64,000 nucleotides of DNA, taken from Octopus sinensis (lineage: Eukaryota). Position 1 is the first letter of the stretch, and each line of letters starts with the position of its first letter. The DNA is taken from the NCBI RefSeq assembly GCF_006345805.1, contig NC_043001.1, positions 54,622,001-54,686,000 of the forward strand, written 5' to 3'. The position numbers and the translations under genes were made by a program. Below are positions 34,201 through 47,250 of this stretch, piece after piece. The notes under the pieces are model-generated. The model was not told where the DNA came from, ran no database searches, and saw nothing but the letters and a program-made list of their open reading frames with translations.

Positions 34201-34454
34201 CTGTTCTTTTTCAAGTGCATCTGTGTTTAATAATAGTCTGTTTCATAAGATTTTCAGTTGAATTACAGTACCCTTCTTAAGTTTCGGAAAGTTTCTTTGG
34301 TGATGTTTTCAAGGTCTGGAACTAAGTACTGAAGAGGAACCTTTACAGTACCTTCTTGTTTAGGCTCAATATATCATTTGCTGAGTTGAATCAAGAATTC
34401 TGAAAATGCTATGACCTTGTTTATCAGTTTTTACGATAACTAAAAGTCTGGCTA

Positions 34455-35095
34455 CAAAGGCGATGTTTGAAGACACTCTCTCACTATTGGCCAAATCACT
34501 TATAGATAGGCACTTTCCAATAAATCATAAATATAGGAAGCTTTTTAATAGACATAACCTAAAAATTAGTTTTAGTTCAACCACAAATTTTAAAAATATA
34601 ATTGCACACAACACACAAAAACAACATGAAGCTGGCTGTTCCTACAGAGATAAAGACTTGTGCTTGCTAAATGGAGTTTGCATGACCGAGACCATCATTT
34701 ATGAACCCACCGTAGATTCTACGACCACTAAGGCCACAGTTTCATCAAAGAAATATGTGGGTCTCACAGAGGGAAATTTTAAAGCTAGGTTCAATAATCA
34801 CACCTTAAGCTTCAGACACTGAGATAAAAGAAAAACGACCAAATTATCCAGTTATATATGGTCCTTAAAAGAACAAGGTGTCAGCTATAAGATTCACTGG
34901 AATATCTTGGCCAAGTGTAAACCTTACACCAATGGCAATGGAAAGTGTGGTCTTTGTGATATGGAAAGATGGCTCATCTGAAAAAGTTCTTTAGACCCCA
35001 CTACATGTCTAAATTCAAGAACTGAACCTTTCGGAACATGTCTACATATGACAAAATACTTGTTACGTTTTTGGGCCCCCCAAGATCACAGATAG
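34455..35095 (+). mobile_element. Penelope-like element: RT thumb end plus GIY-YIG endonuclease, with in-frame stops
   Basis: KYVGLTEGNFKARFNNHTLSF...LSSYIWSLK...WNIL...CGLCDMERWLI...LNSRTE...CLH. Confidence 0.9.
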
Positions 35096-35289
35096 AACCT
35101 GTTTTTTATTATGTCCATGTACTAGCTTTTCATATGTCTTAACATTTTTTATTGCTTTATGTATATTTTTTCATTCCCCCCTTTTTCGATTGTGTGACTA
35201 TATACGTGTATAGTATTTGTATGTATAAGCATATGTTAAATGTGTATATATGTGTACAAATGCATGTGTATATATATATATATATATAT

Positions 35290-36970
35290 CACTTTGACCG
35301 ACCAGTCCGTCAGGCGTCCATTTGACACCGCTGGTCACAGCACGCTGTCCACTCCTCTCTGGATCGCGCCTTTCTCATCCACGTGATCCCAATCGTCTTC
35401 TTGAAATCGTCACTCCACCGTCGTGGAGGTCTTCCGGGTGGTTTTTTCCGCTCACGCGGGTACCACTCAACAACTGCGTGCGTCCACCGATTATCGGTGA
35501 GCCGGGCGACGTGTCCAGCCCATCTATACTTGCTGCGAGTATACTCTGCGATGACATCTCTCACGCCGGACTTCTTTCTGATGATGTTGCTATTTATGTG
35601 CTCTCTAAACGAGATACCAAGCATTGACCTTTCCATGGCTCTTTGAGCCGTTGCCAGTCTTTGCTCTTCTCTCTTTGTGGTAGCCCATGTTTCACTACCA
35701 TATAACATTGCAGGCAGAACTGCACTGTTAATGAGGTTGGCGCGGGTGGTCCTGTCCAACCTTCCCTTGAGCACATCCCTTATGTCATTGAACGCCTTCC
35801 ATCCGGCCCTTACTCTCCGTGAGATCTCCTTTTTGATATCCCGGCACATATTTACTTCCTGTCCCAGGTAGACATATTCTATCACCTCCTCTATTTCATC
35901 ACTGCCGATCACCATTCGACCTGTTGGTACGTTGTCTGACCGCATGAACTTTGTTTTCATGCGGTTCATCTTGAGACCTACTGCAGAACTTTTGATGTCG
36001 AGCTCCGTCAGCATGGTCTGAAGCTGATCCATGTTTTCAGCGATGAGTACGATGTCGTCAGCGAAACGGAGGTGAGTGAGGAGCTCACCATTGATGTTGA
36101 AACCACCTTGCCATTCGATGCCTCTGATGATCTGTTTGAGACATGCAGTGAAAAGTTTTGGGGAGATTGTATCTCCTTGCTTCACTCCCTTCTCGACCGG
36201 CACTCGTGTGGGTGATGACAGTAGAGCTATGTCGGTGGTGCATCCGGAATTTGCCTCTCTGAGCAGCTGCACATATTGCGCTTCGATTCCTTGCCTCTGC
36301 AGCGAGTTCAGCACTGCGTTGGTTTCGACGCTATCGAAGGCCTTCTCATAATCTATAAACGCAACGCAAAGAGGTAGCTTGTACTCATTTGCTCGCTCAA
36401 GCAGTTGCGTTAGAGCAAATATATGGTCCATTGTGCTGTAGTTCTTCCGGAAGCCTGTATGCTCCCTCGGTTGTTGTTCGTCGAGACGACGTGACAACCT
36501 GTTCAGAATTATCTTCGTGAACGGCTTGTACACATGAGACAGCAGGTATATGGGTCGGTAGTTCTTTAGATCTTCTCTGTCGCCCTTCTTATACAGCAGG
36601 ATGGTATTTGACTCTTTCCACTGCGAGGGAATTCTTCCCTCGTCTAGATAGTGCGTAAATCGCTCAGCGAGGATTTTCCAGCTGCTCTCTGCCTGACTTT
36701 AGCACCTCCGATGTTATACCATCTTTCCCTGGAGCTTTTCCGTTTTTCATCGAGCCGATGGCTCTTTCAACCTCACTGACAAGGATAGGTGGCACGTTTT
36801 CTTCCTGCTGGAGTGGTGGTAACGGCTGGACATTTCTGGTAGACTTAAAGAGCTTGGTGTAGAAGTCTTCACAAACTTTTTCCATCTCGCTCTTCTCGTT
36901 GACCGGTATTCCATCTGTAGTTTTCAGGGCCGTCACCTCCGATCTATATAGTACATAATATCGAGGTCTC
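35290..36970 (-). mobile_element. Young 5'-truncated RTE-clade LINE inserted in a (TA)n tract
   Basis: GKAPGKDG, NYRPIxLLS, FIDYEKAFD, KGVKQGDTISP, LRFADD and WAGHVAR motifs; one frameshift near 36680; high CpG content. Confidence 0.95.
35310..36533 (-). CDS. RTE reverse transcriptase ORF (407 aa; frame stays open upstream to ~36680)
   Basis: Longest ORF in the window; RT domains 2-7 and C-terminal region uninterrupted. Confidence 0.85.
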   Translation of the reverse strand: MYKPFTKIILNRLSRRLDEQQPREHTGFRKNYSTMDHIFALTQLLERANEYKLPLCVAFIDYEKAFDSVETNAVLNSLQRQGIEAQYVQLLREANSGCTTDIALLSSPTRVPVEKGVKQGDTISPKLFTACLKQIIRGIEWQGGFNINGELLTHLRFADDIVLIAENMDQLQTMLTELDIKSSAVGLKMNRMKTKFMRSDNVPTGRMVIGSDEIEEVIEYVYLGQEVNMCRDIKKEISRRVRAGWKAFNDIRDVLKGRLDRTTRANLINSAVLPAMLYGSETWATTKREEQRLATAQRAMERSMLGISFREHINSNIIRKKSGVRDVIAEYTRSKYRWAGHVARLTDNRWTHAVVEWYPRERKKPPGRPPRRWSDDFKKTIGITWMRKARSREEWTACCDQRCQMDA

Positions 36971-37074
36971 ATTCATTCTTTTGTTGTCATATTATTAATA
37001 TATATTTATATTTATTTATTTATATATATATATATTTTTATTTACATATATATGTTTATATATATATATATCTT

Positions 37075-37466
37075 TCTCTTTTTACTTGTTTGTCATTTTG
37101 ACTGCGGCCATGTTGGTGCACCGCCTTTAATCGAGCAACTTGACCCCGGGACTTATTCTTTGTAAGCCCAGTACTTATTCTATCGGTCTCTTTTTCCGAA
37201 CCGCTAAGTGACGGGGACATAAACACACCAGCATCAGTTGTCAAGCAATGCTAGGGGGACAAACACAGACACACAAACATACACGCACATGCATATATAT
37301 ACATATATACGACGGGCTTCTTTCAGTTTCCGTCTACCAAATCCACCCACAAGGCTTTGGTCGACCCGAGGCTATAGTAGAAGACACTTGCCCAAGGTGC
37401 CACGCAGTGGGACTGAACCCGGAACCATGTGGTTGGTAAACAAGCTACTTACCACACAGCCACTCC

Positions 37467-37500
<34 letters not shown>

Positions 37501-38297
37501 TGTTCCTTCTCGAACCACGCAGGAGGAAAGAGTGAGGGAAAGTTGTGGCGAAAGAGTCAGCAGAAGTTCGCCATTACTTTCTGCCGGAGCCTCGTGGAGC
37601 TTAGATGTTTCGCTCATAAACACACACATCGCCCGGTCTGAGATTCGAACCCGCGATCCCTCGTCCGCAGCTCTAACCACTAGGCCATGTTCCACTAATG
37701 TTCCTTCTCGAGCCATGCCAGGTTCATAAGGGCCGGTTTCCTGGTTTCAGTGGCGTAGAAATTCCCCACCTACATGGGACGCTGGTCTGTCGCAGGATTA
37801 CTCATTTTTGCCAGCTAAGTGGACTGGAGCATCGTGAAATGGAGTGTTTTGCTCAAGAACACAATGCATCGCCCAGTCCAGGAATCGAAGCCACAACCTT
37901 ACGATCATGAGTTCAACACCCTAACCACTAAGCCACGCCCCTCCACACACACACACAATTATTTTCAGTTTCTTACTTTTTACTTGTTTCAGTCATTAAA
38001 CTGTTGCGAAGCTAGGGCCACTGTCTTGATTGATTTTAGTCAAACATATCGACTCCAATATTTATTTATTTTTGTTGTTGTAAAGCCAGTACTTATTCTT
38101 TTGGTCTCCACCAACATCAAGTGGTGGCTGGGTTACAAACACACACACATCATATACACACATGACGGGTTTCCGTCTCAAAAGGCTTTGGTCAGTCCGA
38201 CGCTATAATATAAGACACTTGTCCTCGGTGCCATGTAGTGGGACTGAACCTGGAACCATCTAGTTGGGAAGCAAATTTCTTATCACACAGCCACACT
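37075..38297 (-). mobile_element. Cluster of four co-oriented SINEs: family A 37075-37462; tRNA-headed 37500-37690 and 37700-37940; family A 38155-38297
   Basis: A/B-box heads on the reverse strand (tggcctagtgg...ggttcgaatctc; tggcttagtgg...gcttcgattcc) and family A cores. Confidence 0.85.
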
Positions 38298-39942
38298 TGC
38301 GCCTATCATATATTAGCTTCCATTTCTCTCTAAGCCAGTTGTCTGCTAAGATTTTTATCATTATTAAAAGTCATCTGGATTGTGTGCATGCCTGTATAAG
38401 AGAGAGAGAGAAAAAAGTTATTGTTTATGTGTCCTTGACACGTGAACCATATGAACGATTAATAGAACTGTTTCCTGTTTTCTCGATATGTAAGTTCTTT
38501 TCATACGTTTTGTCGTTAGCGATATTAAACGCTTTTTCTATGACACTCCTCGCTCGTTTTCTTTCACCTTTTTTTTGTTTCTTTTTCTTTCTCTTTATAA
38601 AAGTTGAAATTTTATTCACAGTTGTTTTACAGTTTTTGTTATATGTCACTCGACACAATTTCCCCAATGATTAAATAAATATAGTTCTGGGTTTAAATCT
38701 TTTGTTTGTAATGGCTACAGAAACAAGAAAATAAAAGCAAAAAGAAGAAAAAAGTGGGTAAACTATTTACTACCACTCCTACTCTACCATTTCTTTTTTC
38801 ATTTAAAACTGAAAAATAAACGTGACTCATAAAATATCCACTTCGAAATGGTCAATAACGTCTCTCTCAAAAACATGTTAATTGTTTCTCACATTACTAT
38901 TCTTAACTATTTTAAAAGATAAAAACAGCCAATCAGAAATTTCGTTTCCCAGTTGTTACCGGATCTTATGTAAAACCCTACCTCAGAAAAAGGTTTTCTT
39001 TACCATAGTGCAATAATAAAGTTTATTATTATATTAATATGTGTTTTAATAAGTCGAAAGTTTTGAGTCAACATCATGAAACGGGTAGTTGTGCAACACA
39101 AATGCCTGTTATTTCTTCTGAAAAGAGCGAATTATTTGCCTTAACTTTTTTACTTTATTTCAATTTTTTTCCCTTTTGGCTGCCAGCATCAATTCTGTTC
39201 GAATTGATTTCACATTCAGTGTAATGATATACTTTTATTGGCTAATGAATGACGTGAAAATCATTTTCGCTATAAATCCATAAATAAAGAGTTATTAGCA
39301 ATTTAAATTCGAAAATTTTGGTAATTTTAGCCAATCGTAAGCCACAGACACATTCATGCCCGTTTCCATTGTAACAAGCAGAACATAAGAACTCTTTTGT
39401 CTACGAGAAAGCACGTGCCTGTTTCCATATTAACAAGAGGAATGGAGAACTCTTTTATCTGCGAGAAAGCACGTGTTGACAAATTTGATGCTGTGTTCTG
39501 TTGGAAATTTTATTGTTTGATTATGGCAGCAAGCTCCTGTAACCTCGTTTCTATGATGGAGACATTGAAAACAGGAGGATGCTGTGTCGTACCTTCAAGA
39601 AAAGGGTGTTGTACCCAAGAACCTTCATATGTATTTCAAAGTGTTCATACACTCTGGTTATTATAAGAGAAAGAAATATTTTGAGTTTTGGCTATCACTT
39701 TCACTTTTGCCGTAACAACTTGTTAAAAATAGCAAGTGATGTTCTGAACTTGTGGATCGCCTATTAATACTCAATTCTGTGCTACTGAGAAGTACTGTTA
39801 TACTAAATTACATATGCACAAATACTTCACGTTTTTCTTGTTCTTTAGTGATTATTCATCATATGAATATTTCAACGGTGCAATTACAACCTTATCAACA
39901 CATCCTTTTAGTTATGAGTTTCAATATATGGGTCGCTTACAT

Positions 39943-41873
39943 CAGAACTTCTCAACCAAGGTTCATATGGCCCTTCGGGGTCCTAATAGAATTTTATTGC
40001 CAAAATTAATGCAATAAATTGCTTATACTTCTACAATACACAAGATATTTTAATTTTTTAAATATAATTCTTAATAATATAATTTTATCCAATATTTTAT
40101 ATCATTACAAATGTAGAAAAGTAGACAGTAACAATTGATTACATCAACATCAAAGAAGAGGATGTAATACTGGCAATAGATGTCGTAGACACAAACTCAG
40201 ATTCTGGCCCCAATGGATTTCCAGCAATCCTTCTCAAGTCATGCAAACGAGCCTTTGCAAAGCCACTGCAGCTTCTTTTTCAAAGCTTCCTTGCAAATTT
40301 TAAGCTCTCAGGCAAACTGAAGGAGGCAATTATATGCTCTCTTCATTAAGGAGGAAGCAGAGTAGATGCTAAAATCTATAGGTCTATTTCTCTAACCTTA
40401 CACATCAGCAAAGTCATGGAATGAATAGTCCGAAAAGAACTAATTGCATTCCTTGAAGAGAATGACTTGCTGACTGACACCCAGCTCGGCTTTCGACTAG
40501 GTAGAAGCTGCCTGACATAGCTTTTGTGGCACTACGGTTGGGTGTTAAAACAGCTACTCGACAACTCAAATGTAGACGTGATATATTTTTGCAAAAGCCT
40601 TTGATTAAGTCGACTATAGTGTCACAAGCTGCGTAATCTTGAAAGAGTAGAAAAGCTTGGAGTATGGCTGCATGTCTTCCTAAAAGATAGAAGTCAGTGT
40701 TGGCCAACAGGGCCACCTCCAAGGAAGCACAATAAGTGGTGTCCCACAGGGGACTGCCTTAGGGCCACTGCTATTTGTAGTGACCCTCAGCTGCTCAGAT
40801 AGTTTTCCTTACTAGCTATGCAGATGATACAAAAGTCTCTCAGCGGATACAGAATCCTGGAGATGTTGCGCATCTGCAACTGGAGTTTGACTCAATATAC
40901 AGGTAGGCTAAGGAAAATAACTTGCAGTTTAATGTTAGAAAATTCTAAGCCTTGCCCATGCGCTACCAATACACGAAGCTGAATGAAAAATGGACAGGAT
41001 ATACTGGCTCAGGAGGGATGAGAACCCCTGAATCAAAATCAGGGCGCGACATGAATAATGATGCATCTTTCTAAGTGCATGTTACTAAGTTGGTAATGAA
41101 ATGCAGACAGTTGTCCGGATGGATCCTTAAAAGTTTCAGAACGAGAGAACAGGAAACTATGATGGTTCTCTGGAGGACATTTGTCCTCAGCCGTTTAGAT
41201 TACTGCTCCCTACACAATGTAAAATTAACAATGGAACTCGAAGCAATCCAGCGAAGCTACACAAAGAAGATCATCTCAATGTGACATGGTACCTACTGAG
41301 AAAGACTGAAAAAGTTAAGACTACTCTCTAGAACGAAGTTGGGAGAGATATGCAGTGATATACGTCTGGAAAATCCTACAACTTGTACCTAACTTTAGCA
41401 TTGAAAGTTGCACGAACAGCACAACAGGGCGCCACTGCATAGTACGCAAACTTTCAACATTGCCATCAGGATACAGGACCAGCTACTGCAACAGCTTGGA
41501 TTTCAAAGGCCCACATTCTTCAGTTTCCTCACACAAAGCCTAATAGACTTACATAGAGTGGATATAGGTGTCTTCAAAACAAAACTGGATCTTCTAATAA
41601 GAGTTCTGGATGAACCTACCTCGCGGCAAGAAACACAAATTAGGGCCGCAACATCAAACTCCCTCACTCACCGAATGTCACATATTAGAGGAAATTTAGT
41701 GAAAGTGTAGCGAAGCTAACGGTGGTGTTCCAGCTCTCGAGCAGAAACTAGTAAAGAAAAATTATAGAAATAAAGATTGTTTTTGTCATGTACCACGAAT
41801 GGCTTTGGGGCTCCAGCAGGGTAAAATAGGAATCAAAGGGGATCCATAGGCAAAAAATGGTTGAGAGACACTG
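39943..41873. mobile_element. hAT-type MITE split by a CR1 LINE; perfect 8-bp TSD gcttacat
   Basis: gcttacat|cagaacttctcaacc ... ggttgagagacactg|gcttacat; uninterrupted relative at 62882-63229. Confidence 0.85.
40125..41760 (+). mobile_element. CR1-clade LINE relic (RT plus C-terminus), many stops and frameshifts
   Basis: YRSISLT..ISKVME, QLGFRLGRSC, FAKAFD, GVPQGTALGPLLF, SYADDTK, GWILKSFRTR and LSRLDYCS motifs. Confidence 0.9.
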
Positions 41874-42100
41874 GCTTACATAGAAATACATGGAACAGTG
41901 TATAAAGCCTAACTAGTTTCATGCACGAACCACCGAGAAGAAGAAAGCTATTTCAACACCCTCTAAATCCATCAGTAGGGCTGTTATATTATAGGGAGAA
42001 ATTATTCAGAGCTCATCTGCATGAAATACAAGTCAAGTTAGTACCGTCATACATAGCATAGTGGGGTGAGAATAAATAAATGGAAACATTAACCCAATGG

Positions 42101-42241
42101 TTAATACTGTTCTAATGTGATTATGGCAAGTGCGGAAGATAACTCCAGATAGGTTTTAATCTTATTAGACCTTCTCAGCGAAGCCTCGTCGTCTCCGTAC
42201 GCGCGAAAATTATTGATAAGTGAATCACTGTATTGATGTAC
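42101..42241 (-). CDS. Candidate phase-0 exon VHQYSDSLINNFRAYGDDEASLRRSNKIKTYLELSSALAIITLEQY*
   Basis: Acceptor cttaccactag, 47-codon frame, CpG-rich; phase-compatible with 45835-45891. Confidence 0.25.
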   Translation of the reverse strand, partial: VHQYSDSLINNFRAYGDDEASLRRSNKIKTYLELSSALAIITLEQY

Positions 42242-43042
42242 CTAGTGGTAAGCTGTCAAGATTTTAACAACTGGTTTGCTTAATTCTCCAAATTTGCTAA
42301 GCTATCACATGGTTAGCCAAGAGTTTTGTGTAAACAGTTCGGAATTCTATAATATCGCATTAAAATAAGGCAAAATCTAGATTCAGAGGAAAATAGTGAC
42401 GGTCTGCGCCCGTAAAAACCAGTCAGTATAAATTTGGAAGAATCGTAAAGTTTATTCGACGCGAGGATTGTGAAATATAACATTTCTTTACTTTGGTTCC
42501 TTGAGAGTGAGGGAACCGAGTAAAATTGAAGTTGATGGTTGATTTAGTAGGGACAACCACAAATAGACTGACTGGTTAAGAGTTGTATGCAAGAGGAAAG
42601 CAAGTGACGGTGTAGAGGCAGGAACATATGTAAACATGAAATTACACTAATGTATAGTTATACATGCACGTGTGTACGCACACATGCACAAGCCGTCATT
42701 CATATAAATATATAAACGCTCATAGATTTCCTTACTGGCATCTCGGAAAATGGACTTTATTAATCCTCAGAAGTAAATATTAAACTAGAAAATTAGGCGC
42801 ACAGTAAACCCAGTGATTAACCTTAACTGCAAAATATTGAAGAACTAATTCACTTCCTACAGCGTGGGTGGGAAGAGACATTTGACTCTGTAGTGTGATT
42901 GGTCTCATAACTTTTTCGAAGAAGTCAAAAGTCAGTGTTCAAACTGTTAACAAGTTCGCAGACTCCGGCGGAAGAGTGGATATAGGAATTCAGGTCAACA
43001 CTGAATGTACACAACAACGCGCCAAAAAATGATCTTAATGGC

Positions 43043-43236
43043 TTAAGCGGCGAGCTGTCTGAAGTGTTACCGCGTCGGACAAAATGTTTAGCGGCATTTC
43101 TTCTGGCTTTGCGTTCTGAGTTCAAATTCCTCCGAGGTCAACTTTGCCTTTTTTCCTTTCGTGGTCGATAAAGCCAGTACCAGTCGAGCACAGGAGTCGG
43201 TAATAATTTCAGGCCTTGTACTTTTAGTAGAAAAGA
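43043..43236 (+). mobile_element. SINE family B
   Basis: gcggcgagctgtctgaagtgttacc...gagttcaaattcctccgaggtcaactttgcc. Confidence 0.85.
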
Positions 43237-43825
43237 AAAATTATCTTAATGGCTAGAGAAAATTAAAGAGCCAATAATAGGAAAACTCAGTCTCGTATCA
43301 TCAAAATATCATAAGTACAAAATTTTAATTGATATTTCAACAGTGAATACTTAGACTTTAACCTTTGATCTTAAATTTCTGGCTCGCGGATCTTTTGGTT
43401 TATTTAGCAATTGACGTCTTTAGAAATTCTATTCAATTCTCACTCTTCCTCTTTCTCACCTTTTATTCTGTGCATGCTTTGGTAGATAGGAATATCTTAG
43501 GACAAAAGTTATAGGAGTGTTGTTTCTGAAAAGGTTTCAGAGTGAATGTCAGCCTTGCTCCTATCATTGTTTCATGTATGTACGCTGTGTGTATGTATAT
43601 ACATAAATAAATATTGAGAAAAAAAGTCGCCAGAATTTTTTGTCAAATAGAATTTTGTAAATGTACAAACAGCTTGTTCATTTATATAAAACAGATGTTT
43701 TTGGAGGATTTTTTTTAGATGAAAACATTGATTTTTTTTTTGTGGGGTGATCTGTGCACCACCCATAACACTCCATAAATAAACACACACACACACATAT
43801 AGGTATGTGTGTGTGTTAGATATTG

Positions 43826-44156
43826 GTGGCGTGCCTGTGTGATAAGCTTGCTTTCCAACCACATCGTTCCGGGTTCAATCCCACTGCATGGCACCTTGGG
43901 CAAGTGTCTTCTACCATAGCCTTGGGCCAACCAACTCCATGTGAGTGTATTTGGTAGACGAAACTGAAAGAAGCCCGTCACTGCTTGACAACCAGTGCTG
44001 GCGTGTTTACGTCCCCGTAATTTAGCTGTTCGGTAGAGACCAATATAATAAGTATCAGGTTTTAAAAATAGGCATTGGAGTCGATTCATTCGACTAAAAA
44101 TTCTCCAAGGCGATATCCCAGCATGGTTACAGTCAAATAACTGATACAAGTAAAGG
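43826..44156 (+). mobile_element. SINE family A, long form
   Basis: ggcgtgcctgtgtgataagcttgctttccaaccac...gaaactgaaagaagcccgtc...cccagcatggttacag. Confidence 0.85.
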
Positions 44157-44177
44157 ATGATAGATGTGTGTGTACAC

Positions 44178-44640
44178 ACATCGAAGATTGTTCCGAAAGT
44201 AATGCAAAAGTGGGCTTAACTTTTTCTTAAGTGAAATAGGTCGTTCAGATTGCATCTTTGTAGAAAGGTACTACTCAACATATTCCCACCACAGTCGATA
44301 GATTTGCGCCAGCGTTGAACCCATCTCGTATTCATTTTGGGTGAAGTGTGTACTGTTGTCGCCACTTTCACATCGTCTGTGTCACCAAATTGTTGTTCCC
44401 GAGGACCGAAGTTAAAGGACGTCAGATCCAAGCTGTACGCTGGATGGAAAACCACCAACAAGCACGATTTGTCGATTGCCTTTTTTTAAAAATTTTCTTT
44501 TGCAAAAGCATTGTAAACGCTTTAGAAAAAACAAAAAAATCCGCAAATTTCGTTCCCGCTCTTGTGTCGATGTCGTGCAACGTCATGGTGGACGTGGATA
44601 GTTTTCAGACTCTTGTTCGGTTTTTTCCTTGCAATGGTTT
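44178..44640 (-). mobile_element. Mariner C-terminal fragment with one TIR
   Basis: HPAYSLDL...RWRKSIDCGG motif; TIR-like tacacacatcgaagattgttccgaaagtaatgc. Confidence 0.7.
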
Positions 44641-45750
44641 CTCTAAGTCAGTGGTTCTCAACCTGGATCCATGTAAGTAAAACTGTAAATTGGAGAACCA
44701 CGGAAAATTTTTGCTTTAGATGTATTTATTGGAAGAAACAGCTCGGTTTCTTTCTCATTGTAGTGGCATGATAATCATGATGACCGCTATTATCACAGGG
44801 GTGTCTATTTTACAAAAATGTTTGATCATAAAATAACATTTACTCTATTATAAATTTACTTGTTGATTACTTGTTTTTAATCAATGCCGTCATCATCATC
44901 CTGACAGCGATTATTGTACTAGTCGAATGGAGAAAGGAGTCATCCGAGTCGTGACTAATAATACTAGTTGAAAGCTCTATTATATATACTTTTGTTGGCT
45001 TTATAATATGAACAAAAGAAACTCCTATAACTATTACACACAATCACTGAGGTATATATGTTTTAATGGATCAATTATATACATGTGTGTTTGCTGTGTT
45101 TCTGAAGAGATAGCTAGAGAGGGAGAAGATAATTAAAACTAAAGCAACCATTTAACTGGTTTTGAGCCAAAACTTGAAACCAATATTACCGCCATAAACG
45201 CGGAGAAAAATACGAGCCTAAACCGCAGTCACAGTATACTGAATTGTCAGTCAGTCCATTCTTGACAGCACGTTGACTTGCAATTTTCCTCGTGTTCTCT
45301 TACAGTTGTGTTTTTCTGTCATGAAATTTCTAAAGAAACAATAATGCTTACTTCAGATTCATACTTTGATAACGTTTTGTAAGTATAATATATACAATAC
45401 AATTATATAAAGTATTTCTTCAGCAAAGATTATATTGTTAATTTAATATAGTGGTTGAAGGTAGAACAAAAAATTCTTTCTAACCGTGTTCTTTTCACTG
45501 AGAATCCGGTTGGGTTGGTGACTCGTGTTAGTCAACCACATGGTCACGGCAGATGAGGAGGTATTTCGCGGAAATGGGGACTGATTGTCGACTCTGCTCG
45601 ATAGGTCGTCCAGGAGGACTCGGAAATATACGCGCAGCAACGGGGCATGTCCCTACATCTGACCTGACCTGTTTACGTGTAATTCGTTTCGTTACCCACA
45701 CTAAAACACAGTGGGTTCACTATGTTTGGTCAAAACATTACCAGCATTGG

Positions 45751-45784
<34 letters not shown>

Positions 45785-45834
45785 TAGGAGGAGCAAAACG
45801 AGTAATTTCTGATTTCTCGTTTTTTCCCCCTTAC

Positions 45835-45891
45835 CTGTTCGAAACCATTACATTGCAAATATTGCACCATTATTTTGTACTGTTCCATCAT
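45835..45891 (-). CDS. Candidate first coding exon MMEQYKIMVQYLQCNGFEQ (frame open upstream to ~46025)
   Basis: Acceptor atttttgctcccag two nt before ATG; strong donor CAG|gtaagg. Confidence 0.4.
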
Positions 45892-46660
45892 CTCTGGGAG
45901 CAAAAATTGGTCAGCAATAAAGGATGGACTTCTTGTTGAAGTTGAGAGAGTTTGAAACAGTGATGTGACAGCTTTTTCTTCAAGAAGCTTTTCTTCAAAT
46001 TTAACTGAAGTTGCTAATAAAATACCTGGTTAATTTTTGGTGTTTAACAATCAATATTTTCTTTTCTCTGTTGGATTCCAAGTCAATTTTGTTACACACG
46101 AATGTCTAATTGGATAATTTTCATCTTTCAAAACCAATGTCTAAATTGGGGTAAAATGAGTAATAGCTAATTTCAATAATTTTTTCTCTTTAACTGTGGG
46201 GTGCATAAATATATCGGAAAGAGAGCCACTCCATCAGACTGTGAAGAAGCAATAGAGAATATTTTGAGTTTTTAGATTTAGTCGAGTTTCGTTAATTTCA
46301 CGTGCCATTTTTCCATTTGCCCTAGATATCTTAAGTTTGTTGCATTTCTGATCTTTCTGATATCTAGGGATGGATATTGATGTGTATGAGTCTTTTTTTT
46401 CAAATACAATTCTGGAGAATTGAATAGGCAAATTAACTTCTCTTACTCATTTTGCTCCAGCTATATGTCTTATTTACTCAGAGAACGGTAATAATTTTCT
46501 GACATTTTGTTTTGAACATATCATAGTGCTTTTGATGTATTTATAGGACTTTTGTTTAGCTAATATAGCTTGTGTAAGGTTGTGGACATTTGTATAAAAC
46601 AAAATGTTTTCGTCAATCAAAAATACTGTAAATCTTACTCATTCTGCCTACCTCACTTAC

Positions 46661-46740
<80 letters not shown>

Positions 46741-46858
46741 GAAGAGCGTAGGCTCGAAACGTTAAAGACTTTTTCACTTCCCGAACGTTATACTAATACT
46801 TCTGTTTCTTGTCTACACCACCTGTCTTTGTCTTTATCTTTTTTTTTGTGAATTCTCC

Positions 46859-46949
<91 letters not shown>

Positions 46950-46956
<7 letters not shown>

Positions 46957-47250
46957 GATGGAATCTCCCTTCAAAGATGACGTATGAGTGTTCAGCGTTT
47001 GGCCGAGCAACCTGCACAAATGGCTTGTCTGTAGTGATCAAATGCATGTGCTGCACATTAGCTCACTCTCTCCATCAAATCGACGTTGCCTGAATAGGTA
47101 TACGGTGTACTACGCGTCAGGTGTTGAAGTGATCGGGGAGCAACATGAAATGAAAATGTTTTACCCAACAACTCAAAACACCATTCGGTCTAGGTATTGA
47201 AATCACGATGTCGCGATCGTGAGTGCAACACCTTAACCACTTAGCCATGC
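46950..47250 (-). mobile_element. tRNA-headed SINE (degraded)
   Basis: Reverse complement starts tggctaagtggttaaggtgttgcactcacgatcgcg, as in 37700-37940. Confidence 0.65.

Noticed and set aside
37620-37690. tRNA gene
   Set aside because: A and B boxes are present but there is no complete cloverleaf or acceptor stem; it continues into a SINE body.
38425-38667. 80-aa Lys-rich ORF
   Set aside because: Driven by a T-rich low-complexity tract; no recognisable domain or minus-strand splice support.
46030-46431. Longer pseudogene upstream of the 45.9-kb exon
   Set aside because: Stop density in all three frames is no better than random AT-rich DNA.
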